A DNA stretch of 64,000 nt from Tubulanus polymorphus (lineage: Eukaryota > Animalia > Nemertea), in contig NC_134025.1 in the NCBI RefSeq assembly GCF_964204645.1, forward strand, positions 28,562,299 through 28,626,298, in the 5' to 3' direction. Shown here in pieces: positions 48,301 through 63,313 of the stretch. The translations under genes were made by a program, and so were the position numbers. Within the stretch, counting starts at the first letter, position 1; every line of letters starts with the position of its first letter. The notes beneath the pieces were generated by a model that was given only the letters and a program-made list of their open reading frames with translations, was not told the DNA's origin and did no database searches.

Positions 48301-51300
48301 TTCGTCATTATAGTCATGTTGTTCGTTCAGAAATAATAAGCTTTAGATGAACAATATGAACAAGTATAAGCTAAACCAAACAAACAAAATAGGAGCGGAT
48401 CCAGGGCAGTGTGAAGGGTATGTGTAACCTCCCCCCTAAAATGTCAAGTTGCTCTGACATTTTACAGGAAAAAGAAACGTATTAAACCGATAAATAATAA
48501 AGGCTAAATTCATAAACTTGTTCTCTGTATTTTCAAAAATGAATTAATGATTCTCGATGAGCTTTCTTTCGGGGTGCCCTTGTAATTATATGATATGCCC
48601 TATTTTGGGGTGGGGGTGCACCCCTCCCTGAATCAGACCCTAGATCCGCCCCTGAAAGTACAATTCCTATCATCTTCCCCGATCGCTACAAAAACTTTTA
48701 GTTTTACTCAAAGAAATGTAGCGATAACAGGAGCAACAACGCTTTTTATTCTAAGCCTCTCTATTTGAGCATGGTCTTATAAACTAGAGTTTATACGTCC
48801 ATGAGCTGACGTTGAAACGAAGCTTTTTTCACTGTTCGTTGATTATTATCTGAGCCGTTGAAATAGACGCGGTTTTGCTGCCAGAAACATAATTCACTTG
48901 CATCTCGAAGATTACGAACATTGCATGACCCGTCATATTAGTTACACTTCCATAATTTCACAGGAAGCATTTCGTGGAGAATGTCTATTTTTCTGAGTAA
49001 ACTCGACTCGAATTGATAGCGTGCGTGTATTGAAACATTTCAGAGTGAAAAAAAACATTTTTTCGTCGCTGGATCGAGACGTAAATGCCATAATTCTCTG
49101 TGTATCTTTGCAGGCGGTTTAACTTTCATTAATATATGGCACATCAAGAAAGATGTTTAAGACATTAAGGTCCGGGTAAATGAAATGAACTAAATCATTG
49201 ATCATGCCATTGTTTCCAGCACACTGCCCAAACGACAGTAATCACATGTATGAACATATATCACTTCTAACAATGACTTACTACTTGTAACCGGTCCAGG
49301 GGCTGTTGGAAATCTATTTCTGTCCGCAGAACCGATTTGATTTTTGTTGATGAAGTTGAATGTTGCCACGAAGCCTTGCTGTTGATTCTGACCGTCAGCT
49401 ATGAACTCAACATACATATATGGCCCTGAGGATGTGAGGTCCACGTGATTGAGTAGGTTGCAGTATTCGGCAATTAGAGGAGCGAAACTGTTTTCTCCGT
49501 CTCTAACAAGTATGAAGTCTGGGCTGGATGAGCATCTGTAAATAATAAAACATATTTCACTACTGAAGTTTAGGGCGTATTCTTAATGATATACGTGATA
49601 ACCCTGGGAGATATGTGCTTGATTATGACCGCGAAGAGAGTATTTCGTTGTAAAACTATCAATCTAAAGATTGGCGATAGAAGTCTGAGAAGTCTGGTAG
49701 CAAGTTGATAGTAAAGATAGATGAGGCATATCTACTGTTGGACACCAATTAGCCATGCTTAGACGAGCTTCCAGTATTACTGGGGTGATGTCCACATCGA
49801 GAATTTTTCACGCAGATTAATTTAGCGACAAGTGACCTGTAACATCTACACGTTACAGGAATGTAATGAACAACTGAATCTTTATATTCACCAGTTCAAA
49901 GTTTACAGGGTGATTGAGAGAGGCATGTTTGGGGGTCTGCCTGTCTTCGTGGACTTAGTGCAACTAGGGCGGCATTTACTCTTAGTCGTCTAAAACTCTG
50001 CCATGAATTCGCTGTGACAGTGAATGATAAAGAGTTTATAGATTGATAGATAGCTCATACATTACGAGTTATGTATAAAGAAATGATATTGTTCTCAAAC
50101 CGATGAGATGCCGTCCTTAGATCAGTAAACACGACAAACCGACATTTTAAGCCTTTTTATACGTATCTGTTTCATGACACCGGTAAATTGGTATTTTATA
50201 ATCTGTCGATATAGTGTTGTCGATTCTTCTGTCTTTGGTACCTAATCGGTATGTTTACAAAAGAAACAATCCATGCATCCATCAACAGACCCCACATGCA
50301 TCAGAAAAATTAAGGCAATTCCGATATTTATATACATAGGTTTTTAGATGGTACATTCGTTTAGACGTTTGGAAGATGTGTTGAAAATATATTTGGAATG
50401 AAGATGTCATGCTGTTAATAATAAGGATCATGCAAAACTGTGTATAACCATGCCAATGCATCAGGCACCATTTAATAGTATATATATATATTTGTAAAGA
50501 ATCCCTATGAAACAAATGAAATACTTAGACTATCATGCATATTTGAATTTATTTTACATGCAGCGCGTTCCACAGCGATAAAATGAGTACATGTGGATTT
50601 AACTTTATCATATATATGTACATAAAATGGATTCTATACATTGGAATATAAAATTGCGTCTAACTCTAATGAAATGTTAGTATACGTTTATATCATTGGT
50701 TAAAATGAAATCAATCGCTATAAATGGAATATTCAATAAATTAGAAAAACCTTCCCCAATTCTTTGTTGACGAACTCCTACCTTCTGGGAGATTGACTGT
50801 CCAAAAGAATATTCAATTTTTAAAATGAAATGCAAGTGATTCATGTCGCAGAACAAAAACCAATTTGTGCATCGTGATGTAAATTGATGTTTTTACTATT
50901 AGATATATGCTAAAATCTATCAATGTTGTTAATCATTATTATTGATATTATTGATATCTACGGTAAAATAGAAGGGAAGTGTTGAAAGTAATTGATGAAA
51001 TATTATATGGAGCATTCAGTTTATTTCTGAATGACTAATTCTGATGTGTGAAGGTTGTTGTATGAAGCACCAGCCTCCGCCATCTAACGTATCGACGAAG
51101 TATTTGAAACGTGAAACTACATCAGTACCAGAGAGTACCAGACAGTACTGACATCTACCCACAGCTCTTGAAGATATTCGTTTGAGTTGATTTGGATGGA
51201 TGTAGAATGAATGGTAAAATCTTCTTCTCGAGTTGCGATCGCGAAATGAATCAAAATGAGTAAAACATTTACTTACCTTCCAATAAAACTCTCTAATTGA

Positions 51301-53831
51301 ATATTTCTAAATAACAACTGGATCACTTCATCCTGCAATCCGTAGAATATGTACTGACAGTTTGACTTCGCTGGATAATTCTGCGGATACCGCGGCGAGA
51401 AAAACTGTCCATTTTTTGATTGATATAAATCGGTACTTTGAAATACATATCTACAGCTGTTCTTGTCCTTCACCCCATCAGGGGCGTATAGTTCTGAAAT
51501 CGTGAAAAATAACCATCATTCGAGTTAGAAATATTTGACGCCTATCTAAACACGACAGATTACCGGCAAACTGCGTCAAATGTTATAACTGTCATCTTAA
51601 TACAAACGAGGCGAGGTACCTAGTTCAAGCTGACCTCGATGTTAATTCCTTATCTAATATAAAAGGAACTCACTTTTTTCTTTGAAGGTAAATTTGCCTC
51701 GAAACCCGCGGCATTTATCAGTATTTTCCCTCGAACCAAACTCTAACACTATTATCCTATGACGCGAATAGAATGTTTTTTGCTGCATGTCTTTTATATC
51801 ACCGCAGAATTCATAGTTCCACATGTACTTTTCATTAATGCCTAATCGTTCTAAATCCAAATAAAAACGTAAAAAGTCTGTACACCTGAAAATGAAGAGT
51901 AACGCATTTAGCTTTAATGTCGGTAATGATTTCTATCGGGGCATTCTCCTCCATTAGATCAAAACAATTTTCAGCCCCCGAGCGAAGAAATCCGGAGTCG
52001 ATTTTGCTACCATAACGTGTTCCCAATGGTGAAATCGTGAACCTCGTAGCTAACTATCGATGTAACCAGTGGGAAATCACGAAAATCGTAAATTCCGAAA
52101 TGATCCCGAGAGTTGCAAAAACTATAAAACTGAGTTCTGTATAATCTATTGATATAACGTCAACTTACTTATATGATGTTCTATTCGTTGAATTCACTTC
52201 TAGATCGAATCTTTTCTTGGGCATCATTTCAAATTCGGTAAACGATAATTCTACTATTTCATCCGGATCCCCGACGAACATGTACAATATACAGTCTTCA
52301 TGGGAGGGATATGGATCTGGAAAATCCGGTGAATGAAATGTCCCTGTATTTCCGCCTGTGCTTTGGAAGGTTACACATCTACAAGCTGAAATTGAAAATA
52401 TGATAACCAATTGAAAATAATGACTTGAAAGTTGTTATTCAGAACAGCACATTTTGATATCGATAAACAATTTTCTTTTGCCTTCCCTAAAAGAGATTAG
52501 TATATTATCATCAACTTGTCTCATTTTTACGAACCGCTCTAGGGACATATAAGTTTAGCACTTGACTTATATTTTCTGATTCTTTCTAATTTGCAGAAAA
52601 CTATTTTCGTGTTGACGTGATTTCAAATTGTTAAAACCTTTCTCATTATATTCAGCAGTTGTTGTAAAAGAATTGTTGAAATTGTCTCTGGATCTATAGT
52701 GACTCTATGGCATATTCTCTCCTAGGAAAGATGACCAATTGTCGTACATCGGTACTAAAGAGAAGTTTACGTTTAGATTCACTAGACACAGGCGATACCT
52801 ATTGTCAAGGTTGCCACTTGTTGCTTAAGGCAAGAACAATGTTAAGTAAGTGGTATCTTGGAGTTCTTAGTTATAACAGGAACGGCGATGGAGAGGGTCC
52901 TACGCCGGAGCCGCATTGAGCATTCCCACATCTCGTCGATCTAAGATGCAGAATTATATCTCATAACGACGGGGTTCGAATCCGTAAATCTACATTCGTA
53001 TTGTTAATTCGACCGGTTTACTCTAATAAATTAGATGCCTTTAAACACTTCGATGCCTGAAATATGTCCCCAGAGCGATCGGAACGATAACGCTCTTAGA
53101 ACGTCAACCTGTTGAAACTAAAGGAGCTTTCCTACCCTGAAAAATCATAAGCTTTAATACATATAGAAATAATGGCCTTAGAGACATGTTGTATTTTCTG
53201 CAAAAGACATCATTAATCAGAATTCAGTGGCTGTTTATATTGCGTGCCCTGTTAATTGACCATAAAATGATAGATCAACCACTGTACGTGACGTAATTTT
53301 ACCTCTCTCAATGTGATAGGTACTCTCTGTAGAGAAAACTCTACATTCCTCCTTGTCTGCATAAAATATTTAATATACATGGATAACAATAACATGTGAT
53401 ATTCTATACGTCTGTCAAAAATGTCGATAGAATAAAAATAATAAACGTTAAAATGAAGAATATCTACACTAGCATGTTTAACAATGTATTCTCAAATTTC
53501 ATCAAATCTACGCTGATTTAAACCACCGAGTCTTTCTTATATCAATAGCTTTATTGAATTCGAAATGAAATCAGTTCGCTGCTGGCAGATGGCAGCTACG
53601 GGTTTGTGAAAATATTGTTTAGAAAGTAATAAACGATTCCGTTCTTAGAAATAGATTTTACTCGTCATTCGAAACGATGTGGAAATAATATTTGCTGCTA
53701 GGAATTTTATTATTTTGGGTATCATAAAATGACGGAATTATAAATCGAGCGGACTTACCTGGATTGATTGCAAGACTTACATAGATGAATGAATATAATA
53801 TCACAATAAATAGCACCTCAAATACAGTCAT
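33400..53831 (-). CDS. Four-CUB-domain cell-surface protein, Suppressor of lurcher (SOL-1)-like, ~658 aa, 12 coding exons
   Basis: Exons (minus) 53831-53759 (signal peptide MTVFEVLFIVILYSFIYVSLA), 52385-52169, 51885-51674, 51493-51277, 49535-49282, 36652-36460, 36364-36174, 35960-35922, 35825-35654, 35484-35285, 34773-34672 and 33506-33400; all GT-AG and phase-consistent (1977 nt). CUB signatures GTFHSPDFPDPYP, GQFFSPRYPQNYP, GVIKSMNYPQTYP and GEFWSPNYPGIYP. Ends in a hydrophobic tail (FVIWFSLYIIACMLSS*). The SOL-1 assignment rests on the 4xCUB architecture, not on a search. Confidence 0.88.
44829..44961 (-). CDS. Putative alternative first (signal-peptide) exon of the CUB gene
   Basis: MDFGSWNIITACGAVLRMVSLKLILFGILIQFVRSNRVGFEENQ ends at the strong donor caag|gtgagc in phase 1, matching the phase-1 acceptor of the CUB3 exon at 36652. 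CCAAT on the minus strand at 45168-45172. Confidence 0.65.
48390..48654. mobile_element. MITE with caggggcggatc-type TIRs
   Basis: Left end taggagcggatccaggg, right end ccctagatccgcccctg; the same end occurs at 10729. No clear TSD. Confidence 0.7.
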
Positions 53832-56800
53832 CTGAAAAACATTAATTAAAAAATCAAGATTAGACAAATTGTTCAAAAGTGAAGTTTTCTCATCGACAGT
53901 TTTCAGTAGGAGAGTATGTGATATGGGCAGATCAACATGCATATACACTAAATAGTAAAAAAAACTCAGGATCTGGGACAAGAGAGTGAATTGAATATCT
54001 ATAACTCAATGATGCTGGCTGTCGATACAACTATATCCTATTTCCTTACTTATCGTAAGGTTATCGTTGGACCGAATACAATTTATTAGCCACAAAATAG
54101 AGTTTCGTAGCAATTTCTACGCAATGTTTTTCATTCACCACAACCGTTCTCTCGCCAAATGCGAAAATAGCTTAGCTGAAGGCACTCATCATCAGAATTC
54201 GCACATTTTCAGCCAGTCAGGTATATAACTGAAGATCACTAGGTCTGAAATTACTATTACTACTATGTTGTCTTACTTATTGCAAATGTGCGTAGCATTA
54301 TTTTTAATGGTTTACAATTACTCGAGTGGAGACGAAACAAATAAAAACCACAAACAGAAAAAACACTCATCACTTTGCGGCTCTCTCAAAATCTACAGTA
54401 TCTAATAAATCATCATTTTCCAGCATGGAACTCAATTTATCTATGCTTTTATCCATTACGCGTAGCACGATGAATCAATAATTAGTGAACAAAAACTATT
54501 GTGGCGCACCTTTATATTTCTAATAACTGAACCATTCTTTTAGCTCTTGCCATCGATAAGTGATGCATGAAATGATGGAATATTACAATTTCATCAAGAC
54601 CGCGATACACACACACACACCTGAATAAAGCCTTTCTTTGCCATTAGTTACACGTCGGTCTACAATAACAGCGCGCAAATCATCGGTAATGATGCAGATA
54701 CGCAAAATATCATTGCGTATTCCAACAGAAATAACCGGGCTATATACGTCGTAACGGTAATCAACAAGGAAAAAGAATCTGTTCATTATTTGTTTCTGCT
54801 GCTCCATCGAGAAATTTGATCGAAAGATATATTTGCGGTGTAAAGTTTACATAGAATAGTTGACATCGCTTTATCGAGGCTTATTTTACAGACCGAGGGG
54901 GTATTTTTAACTGATTAGATGAAATGGTTGGAATCACGGACGAATGGCATGAAACCAAATCTAGAATGAATTGTTGAATAAGGAGTCAAATTCGTAATTA
55001 CTTGATTCGATACGAGCAATAAGAAATGCTCAACGACAGCGTTGCTACACGAAGCGAACGATCGGAAGTAGATGACTATTTTTGTATCCGCGGTCACGAT
55101 TACACGAGGAAATGAGCTGATGTGGTTAATATGGTTTAAAGTGATTTCTACAAATGAGTTAATTCTGTTGTGAGCAACTGATATATTTATTCAAAATGGT
55201 CCAGCTTTTTGTTGTCAGGCTATCCCGCTTTCAGAATACGTGGTCGCATACAAATAGACATCTACATTTATATCTTATACACAGGAAAAGAAATAATTTA
55301 CAATTTGAGGCAATTTAGACTATTTTTACCCTTGAGGGTAGTTTCCGTGTTTTGCCACATGCGTTTAAGAATAAGTATTTCGCCTCGGGAGCCATACATC
55401 AAAATTTCTGCGCATAGATTCAGGGATTATAATTTTCGAATATACAGAACGATTCCATCATGCAGATCACAGCTGAAAGCGCATCTTTTTAGTAAACCAT
55501 TTCACAAATTGAAAATACCATCTATGAAGCGATAGGTAGTTTATCTCTTCAGTCTCAGGCCAACTGAAACGTATTTCCCAGTAGAAATCTATCGGATGTG
55601 TTGATTATCTTAAAAACGCAGACGAAATAAGATCTATAGCGGCTAATCTACCCGTACAATAGGATCCTATACCATATGCCTTAAGGTAATGCCGCCCCTA
55701 CCCAAACGCTACGCGATATAATTGAAATAGTACATTGAAAAACGATAACGCATCATATTCGTAAATCTGCCGGCATGCAGACAACGTTTCGGTGCCTTGC
55801 TATTCGCGATTAGCAATCTCATAAATACCAAACATAGACGCGGCGATTAATGTGTACATGTAATTGAAAGTCGCGAAGAAAAAAGCGCAATAAAATCCGA
55901 TACTGAGTAAATCAATTAATCGGTAAGACTAGAAATGGCTACGACGAGTCTACATACCCTGACTGATAGTTAATGATATAGGTTTTGACTGTGAGACCAT
56001 TCAACCGTACACGTTTGAAACAGCAGACGCTGATCACGGACGCGCAATCAGAACAGGTATATATATATATATAGATACATATATCTGTCCATATATTCAA
56101 TTGACCACAAAGATTCTTCGCAAAGATTATCGCAGCACAATATAGAATAATCGATAATCAATTAATAATTAATTGTAATCACGTTATCTTCATCGAATTC
56201 GTAAGACGACTGTCTGCGTGTAAGCTGATGTTCACTATAAATAAGTCAGTAAGTATCCAACTGATGTCTTTGTGAAGTCATGGAGCAATATATATATATA
56301 ATCCGGTACTGCTAGAATTCTGAGACTGAGTATGTTTTTTTGCTAGCGCCGGAAGATATTTCGCTTCGCTTTCAACTGAAGCAGTTGGCCATGAGACATT
56401 TGCGGAATATTATATGTTCGACAGTTTCCCGGTAGCTGTTGAAGTCAAACAAGCCGATTTGCCTTAGCTAAATAGAACACAAACGGCAACCGGTAGCAAA
56501 AAGCAGATATCTCCATAACCAATATTTAGACAAAGGTGGTCAGCTGATACACGACAGTTCATCCTGATTTTCAATTGATGAAGCGTGCGATCCGGACTAA
56601 CATTACTATCGTCTACGACGTTCAGCTTTGATCGGAGACCAAATCTGAAAACTCTAAGATTTTTGAAATTCCGTATTTAGTCGAACGCGAACTGGAATCA
56701 AGTTAGTGAGTCAGGGTCCTTTGAGGGTATTTACATAAACCACTAGGATAACATTGATTCGATGTATGGGAAAGTAATAACGTGGTTTATTCGCGAGTGA

Positions 56801-57290
56801 CCGCTTCAATTCACAAGACCCTTTACGACGAACGAGCAATACTGTAGGGACCTACAATTTGAAAGACGTAACACCACGGTGTCTTTATATATTTCAAATG
56901 TCAATTAGGAACATAAGCTGTATTCGTCGTTACTCTGAAAGTATTATCCGTTGAATACAGAGTCTTGTAAGTATTTGAATACGGATTACTGCGTGTATTG
57001 ATAGCCGCAAATTACAACAAGCGAAGAATCAAATGTAACGTGATGAACAGGAAGTGTAAATACTATGAATAAGGAACACTAATTTTCACTCGCGGAATCT
57101 TCCTTTTGAAACGCGAATGAATAAGAAATCAACACGAATGCAGACATCGTGGTACGCTACTGAAACCAACTGTCTATACTGTCTTGAAAGTTTCCATCTC
57201 CCTCAATTCCTGTGGGTCTCTAATTATACGGTTTAATCTCAAATTAGAAAGTAGAATTCAAATGAGGCAAATAACTACTCTCTATGCGCG

Positions 57291-57348
57291 TGGATGTGCG
57301 AGGGATGTGCGGGGGATGTGCGGGGATGTGCGGGGGTGCCTGGTGGGT
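57291..57348 (+). repeat. G-rich 10-11-bp tandem repeat (ggatgtgcg x4)
   Basis: tggatgtgcgagggatgtgcgggggatgtgcggggatgtgcgggggtg. Confidence 0.85.
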
Positions 57349-60300
57349 AATTCCTGAGACGACACACACATATACCGGTACCTAGTACGTAATTCTCTAC
57401 GCAGCATTCACCGCGTAGATTAATGGAGTACTATATGAAAATTTCCATTATGAAACAATTCAAGTGGAATAAAGAACCATTAGATATCAATACAGATTAT
57501 AAACATGGGAAAGTTAAAATCATTCAGCTTTTAGCTTACTGTAATTATGAATGACATTATTTTATGATGGCTTCGTCGTGAAAGATGGTTGCAATGTTAC
57601 AAATTCATCACGATTCCCTCTAATCAATGGTACTTGTCTTGATTGATAAATAATAGTTGCAATTAAGAGTACGGGCAATGAATAATTTAGGCTCGATCAG
57701 CTAGCTAATTGTTTTCTATCGATTGGAATTTACAAAATCCGCCTTCTCATGTTTCGATTTCTTTGAATTCGGCTGATATTTCGCCACTATGCCCGAAATG
57801 ACGATTGACGTGAGAGTGCTTTTATCAATTTTCTATATACACCTTCATAAGAACACATCATAAAAACATTATTGACTTCAGAATCAACATCTAAGTTATC
57901 CATGTATATAGCCTACATATACTACAGTGGGTTTCATCGACGTCGCGAGGGATTGCCGTCAAATGTCAACTGTGACTTTTTTATGCCGGTTGTATAACTA
58001 ATATCATTCGCGATTTATACGTTTTTCCATCACTTTTCCGGAAATAGAATTCAGGTAGACCACATATTTCGGGGCAAACACATGCGTGCACTTGTTCAAC
58101 TTTGATCGGAAAGGAATTCGCAACTGAAAACTAATTAAGTTAATTAATACGATTTTTCTATCGATTTCATTCGATAACGCCTGCGTCGTTGTTGAGCTTA
58201 ATAAACCGTGCTACGCGATTTAATCAAATTATTTCAACAAAATTGGATATTTTTCTTCGGAAAACACGATCATTTTCTTCGAAGTTACGGCAACATTAAA
58301 ATTGGCAGAAACATTCAATATATGAGGACAAAAGCACACCCGCGCGTATTTTATAGGGCCATTAATTACCTACAGTTACTTAATATCAGATTAATTTGCA
58401 AATAAGGCAATATAATCAAATTCCCTACAAAGCAGAAATCGGCTTAGGAATTCTTATTGGCTGCGACGCAGCTTTTTTGTACTCGGTCAAATACATCAAT
58501 ATCGACCATTGAAAGAAAACGAGTCTCGTAAAAACCACATTACGGCACTACAACTTTATTTCAGCGCTTCCCGTGGCTTCGCTTGTTTATATAACTTAGC
58601 GTATAACGAATATCACCCCGAATGAGTTTTTCGCCGGAGCCGCCCGCGAGCGTTGTCGTACTGAATAAATTCTTACAAACGATCTCTCCTTATAAGTAAT
58701 TGATCACCGACGGGTTGACAGAGGATGGAAATAGAATCTGAACAACACACCGGCCCAGATCATAGTGAACCCTATTAGATGAATGATCAATATTTAAAGA
58801 TTTCAAAGTCATTAAGGACTATAGATCACTTAGTATAATCACCAAGCGCTGTAATCTTATTTGTGAAAGATAAAACATTTATGGAAAATGTGATCTGTTA
58901 AGATTCAGTTCAACATTCCACTTGTGTGTGTTTCCCAATGAAAACCGAACGAAACACGAACTGCGTAGAACATGGCCTAATCGTTTTGTGAACAGAATAA
59001 GATGCACACACATTATTGGCAAATACCCACTCGTGAAAATAGCGGCACAGTTTATTGTCTGCAAATTAGAGTTTTATGCAGATAAGCCATTAGTAAGTCC
59101 CCAACTGGTGCGAGGTAGGAATGTATCCCCTATAACAGAAGTTATTGGGCGCAGAATGTCTCGAGTCGCATTCGTTTTGTCTTTTTTTTTACATCGCAGT
59201 AAAAATGATTTGTTTCAGATGAATGGAACTTCGACCGTCTATTCTTTTTCTATACGAGGTAACTTTGTTGTGCGCGATTAAAAAATTAAGACATCTTACG
59301 GGGGCAGGCATACTTATAGAGATAATGCACCATAGCATGAATGAATTATGGCCAATAAATAATGCAAAACAGTATACAAAAAACTGTTTCAGCACCAATT
59401 CCCAATATCCATTAGAAGCCACTTGGGGTTATGTAAATGAAGCGATGCGAGTTCAAGAAAAAGCGATCCATCAAAAAATGTGATGGCTATGATTGAGTAT
59501 ATATGGAGAGGAACATTTCGAAGATAATTTTTGATCTAATAGACGCCTACATCTAATCTAAAGGATATAGTTCATTTAGGTGATTTTTATATGTCTTATG
59601 CCTACACGGCGATTGTGATAGAGAATCTTTTCTCTTGTCGAACGCAGTAATGTCGTACATCATCAACGTCTAACCTCTTTTTTGACAGAGGATTTCTCTC
59701 ATGTCTTGCTTTCTCTTTTTTACGTGATTCAGTCGCGCCACAGTTGACAAGACATCGAAAGGAAACGCGGAATCCTTGAAATCTGAGAATATTCCTGAAA
59801 CAATCTCACTTGATAACTTCTCCCATCAATTATGAATAACTCCGTAGCCGTCTAATCCTAGTGAAATGGAGCCTACCATTATGAATCGACGAACCTGATA
59901 TCTGCTGCTTTCTACAAATCGAAGAGATGAAGCTCCTGCGAAGAAAAACCGAACGACTGTGTCTAACGAAGTTTTTACCATGTGGAAGAAGCCGGAGGCA
60001 AAGATAAAGTTTGTTTATGAATAATATATGAAGTGTGATGGATAGAAATAAAATTAGAAATGACACAAAATTCTGTTAGTTAGACACGTTTTCTGTTTAG
60101 CATCGATCACTGCCATCCTTACAGTAAGTTGACACATCTGTACTGTTGTAAAGTGCTTGTGTTGTGTTAATAGTCAGCCGAAATTCTTTCGCAGTGTCGT
60201 ATCTAACTTAATTTTCCTGTCTCTACTCAACAACATTAAACCGGTAACAACATTTGCTACTCAATTCGAACAAAAGTACATGACAAGGTCTAAAAAGTCT

Positions 60301-63064
60301 CCTTTTCATGAGGAACCATCATTAAACGAAGTTCTGCCACGAAATGTACAGACATTGGCGCGTAGAATGCACTCGTCTGAAATTCTAATTTCCATACTTA
60401 TGAGTTGTTTATATTCATAAATTAATTGTAAAAATCATCTCACACGAACAAACTTGAATAAATTATGGTCGCTCTTTCCTGTTGGGACATAATGAATACA
60501 AAACAGCATTGATGAGAACACTAAGTTAATTAACTGTACAATATGCCCACAGACAATAAACACATTATCCACGAATGATGATTATGTCTGCATTAGTTGC
60601 ACAGGCAATTCGTCTTTGATTAGTAGAAAACAAGGAAAAGTAAGAGTCTAGCTCGACAGTGATAAACCAGTGATGGGTTCAGTCAAATGGCGCGCGAGTC
60701 TATAAACCACTGGAAATTTTGTATAACGATTGGATTTTTCTTCTCGGCTCAAACATTATATTGTTATTATACATCTTATTCGCAGTCCTTTAATCAGATA
60801 AGACCCACAATAAAAAAAGTTATGATTTTTCTGATATATTATTTTCCTATCTGTTGTTGAGGCTGTCTGTTTTTTTAAACGATCAATCTTATTTATAGAA
60901 CGAATACAGAATGATTTCGTCGAAACGGAGCCTGGTAGCTGACGAATGAAAGGTAGATTTTCCGTTAAAAGATTGACCAATTCTGCGTGAACCCCTGGTG
61001 GAAATGACATATTAATAAAAGAAATAACCAATTTGGTCCATCTTCGTCGGTCGGTCATCGAAATTCACATCATTTCCGACAGTAATTTGTAATGCGACAG
61101 AAAAGTGTTGTTAGAAAGTGATAAGCTACATGCTACATCCGGGTAATCTCCTAGAAAAATAATTTACAGTAAGATAAACCAAAGAGCGAGTATCACGAAC
61201 CGCCCTTTCAACGGCGCGACCAAATAATCTTCACTGCACGGCGCACGTTTATATTCTTTATCATCCCATCGTCGTTTCGCCCATTGAAAAAATATGAAAC
61301 CATGTTTTTCCCCCTGGTAATCAAGATGACATGAACAGTTCAGAAATGAAAATGTCAGTGATAGATTATAAGGTCGGGATCACAATTTCTTGACATACTA
61401 TCCGGTATACTAATGAGCATACTGCGTGTCAATTCGCTATGAAAAAATATGTAAAAATGTTTTTATAAGAAAATACAACGACTTTTGATGACTTCAGAGG
61501 TCCGCCTTCCTCATGAAATTCGGGAAAATGATCTTCTATTGTGATTCGGCCTCCTCTCAAGCAGGGACGCCCCTTCCTCTTATGTTACAGTAATCAGTGG
61601 AAAGACCATTTATCTTTGACAGTGTCCGACTGGCAGACAGCTTCGACAAACAAAAAACGCTTAAGGCTATGGATAAGTTTCATAATGAACCTCTTGAGAA
61701 TAAACTGTGACAATGGAAGCGTTTATTATATATAAATTTCTGATCGTACTTCGCTGTGGATGTTGTCAACGTTGGTAGAATTTTCTCCACAAACAACTGA
61801 TCAAATCAAAGATAGCTTTAGTACCGACTGTGTGCCGATCTTCCTAACCAAAAAAAGATCGCAGTGACACAAAAAAAAATTAGATAACTTCGCCGAGCGT
61901 AATTAAAGTTTATCTTGAAAATCAGCCATAAGTTTACTTGACGACTTTTGTATTTACGAAAGACCCATTAGTCTAACTTCCTGTTTTCAGCGACTAGTGA
62001 GCGATCGATGCAGAGAGATTCAAGCGGTTTTGAACGTGATGTGTGGAAAAAACAACTTTATTTTCAGTCTCCTCCATATCGCTGTATTACAGCAGACTCT
62101 GCGTCTTATAGCTAGAGACATTTAACAGTATGTGTGTCAATAAGTAAACTCAAATACAGCAACGTAACAAATTGACTTCCGGAGTTGTTTTAATGTCGTC
62201 AAATTAACGATAATGCCAGTTGAAGCGATGTTACCACTTGTCCAAGATACTTTGCATCAACAACGAAGATAGTATTCATTTAGTCAATGAGAGTCCTGAT
62301 GGTTGAACAAATGTCGTTGCAGAGCGTGAAGTAGTATATAGTGGTTCGGTTGTTTTTAGCCTTGATACAGAAATCTAACTGGAGACATATAGAACCGTAT
62401 TAGCTGTTAATTCAAAACGAACGCTGCTAATATATAAATGATCAGGTATAAAGCCCGATGTAAAACCATTTACTCTCTGAGCGATACGTATTAGATATGT
62501 AACAGCGGGAGACAACCTGGTAATGGAACGGGTTATTGTCACAGACCCAACCATAAGGGAATAGGCGTGGTGTGCTACACTATCTGCAAATATAATGGTG
62601 CGCAGGGTCTTCCTAGAATTAAGTAATATTCCTCTGCAATGTCCATGACAGGAAAATCACATTTGTTGATACTGTATCCCGGGTTATTTGTGCTCTCTCA
62701 TCTACGTGTGGGTGAAACTTACTACATGTAACACTATCGGAGTCTACAGCAAAAAAACTGATTCGGGAATATTACTCATAACAATAACATACTTATATAT
62801 ATATATATATGTATATATATTCCATCTTTATCACGATCTGGATTTCCAAACTAAAATGATAAGGTTCGAAGTAATTCAACACTTTACTGTGACTAAGCTT
62901 ATCACGGCAGCAGCGCCGACAACTCTGGGATGGCACCAATTAATTATTCAACGCTTCCCATAATAAAGGTAGACTTATGTCCGGCATAAAATGTTCTATA
63001 TCAGTCCTTCGACATGGGATTCACCACAATGATCTACGAGTTAATGCAGAAAAAAATAGATACT

Positions 63065-63313
63065 GTCTGGGCCAGACTGAGTAATAGCGGTCTAGTCTGG
63101 GCCAGACTGAGTTATAGCAGTCTGGGGTGTGGGCCAGACTGAGTTATAGCGGCCTGGTCTAGGTCAGACTGAGTTAAAGCGGTCTGGTCTGGGTCAGACT
63201 GAGTTAAAGCGGTCTGGTCTGGGTCAGACTTAGTTATAGCGGTCTGGTCTGAGCCAGACTAAGTTATAGCGGTCTGGTCTGGTCTGGGTCAGACTGAGTT
63301 AGAGCGGTCTGGT
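63065..63313. repeat. 30-bp minisatellite, about 8 copies
   Basis: Unit gtctggtctgggtcagactgagtta(t/a)agcg in direct tandem, with an internal gtctg-nnn-cagac mini-hairpin. Confidence 0.95.

Noticed and set aside
52960-52990. B-box-like ggttcgaatcc suggesting a tRNA or SINE
   Set aside because: No acceptor, D or anticodon stems could be built; at most a decayed SINE.
63065-63313. Palindromic 30-bp repeats resembling CRISPR direct repeats
   Set aside because: No spacers; a simple tandem minisatellite.
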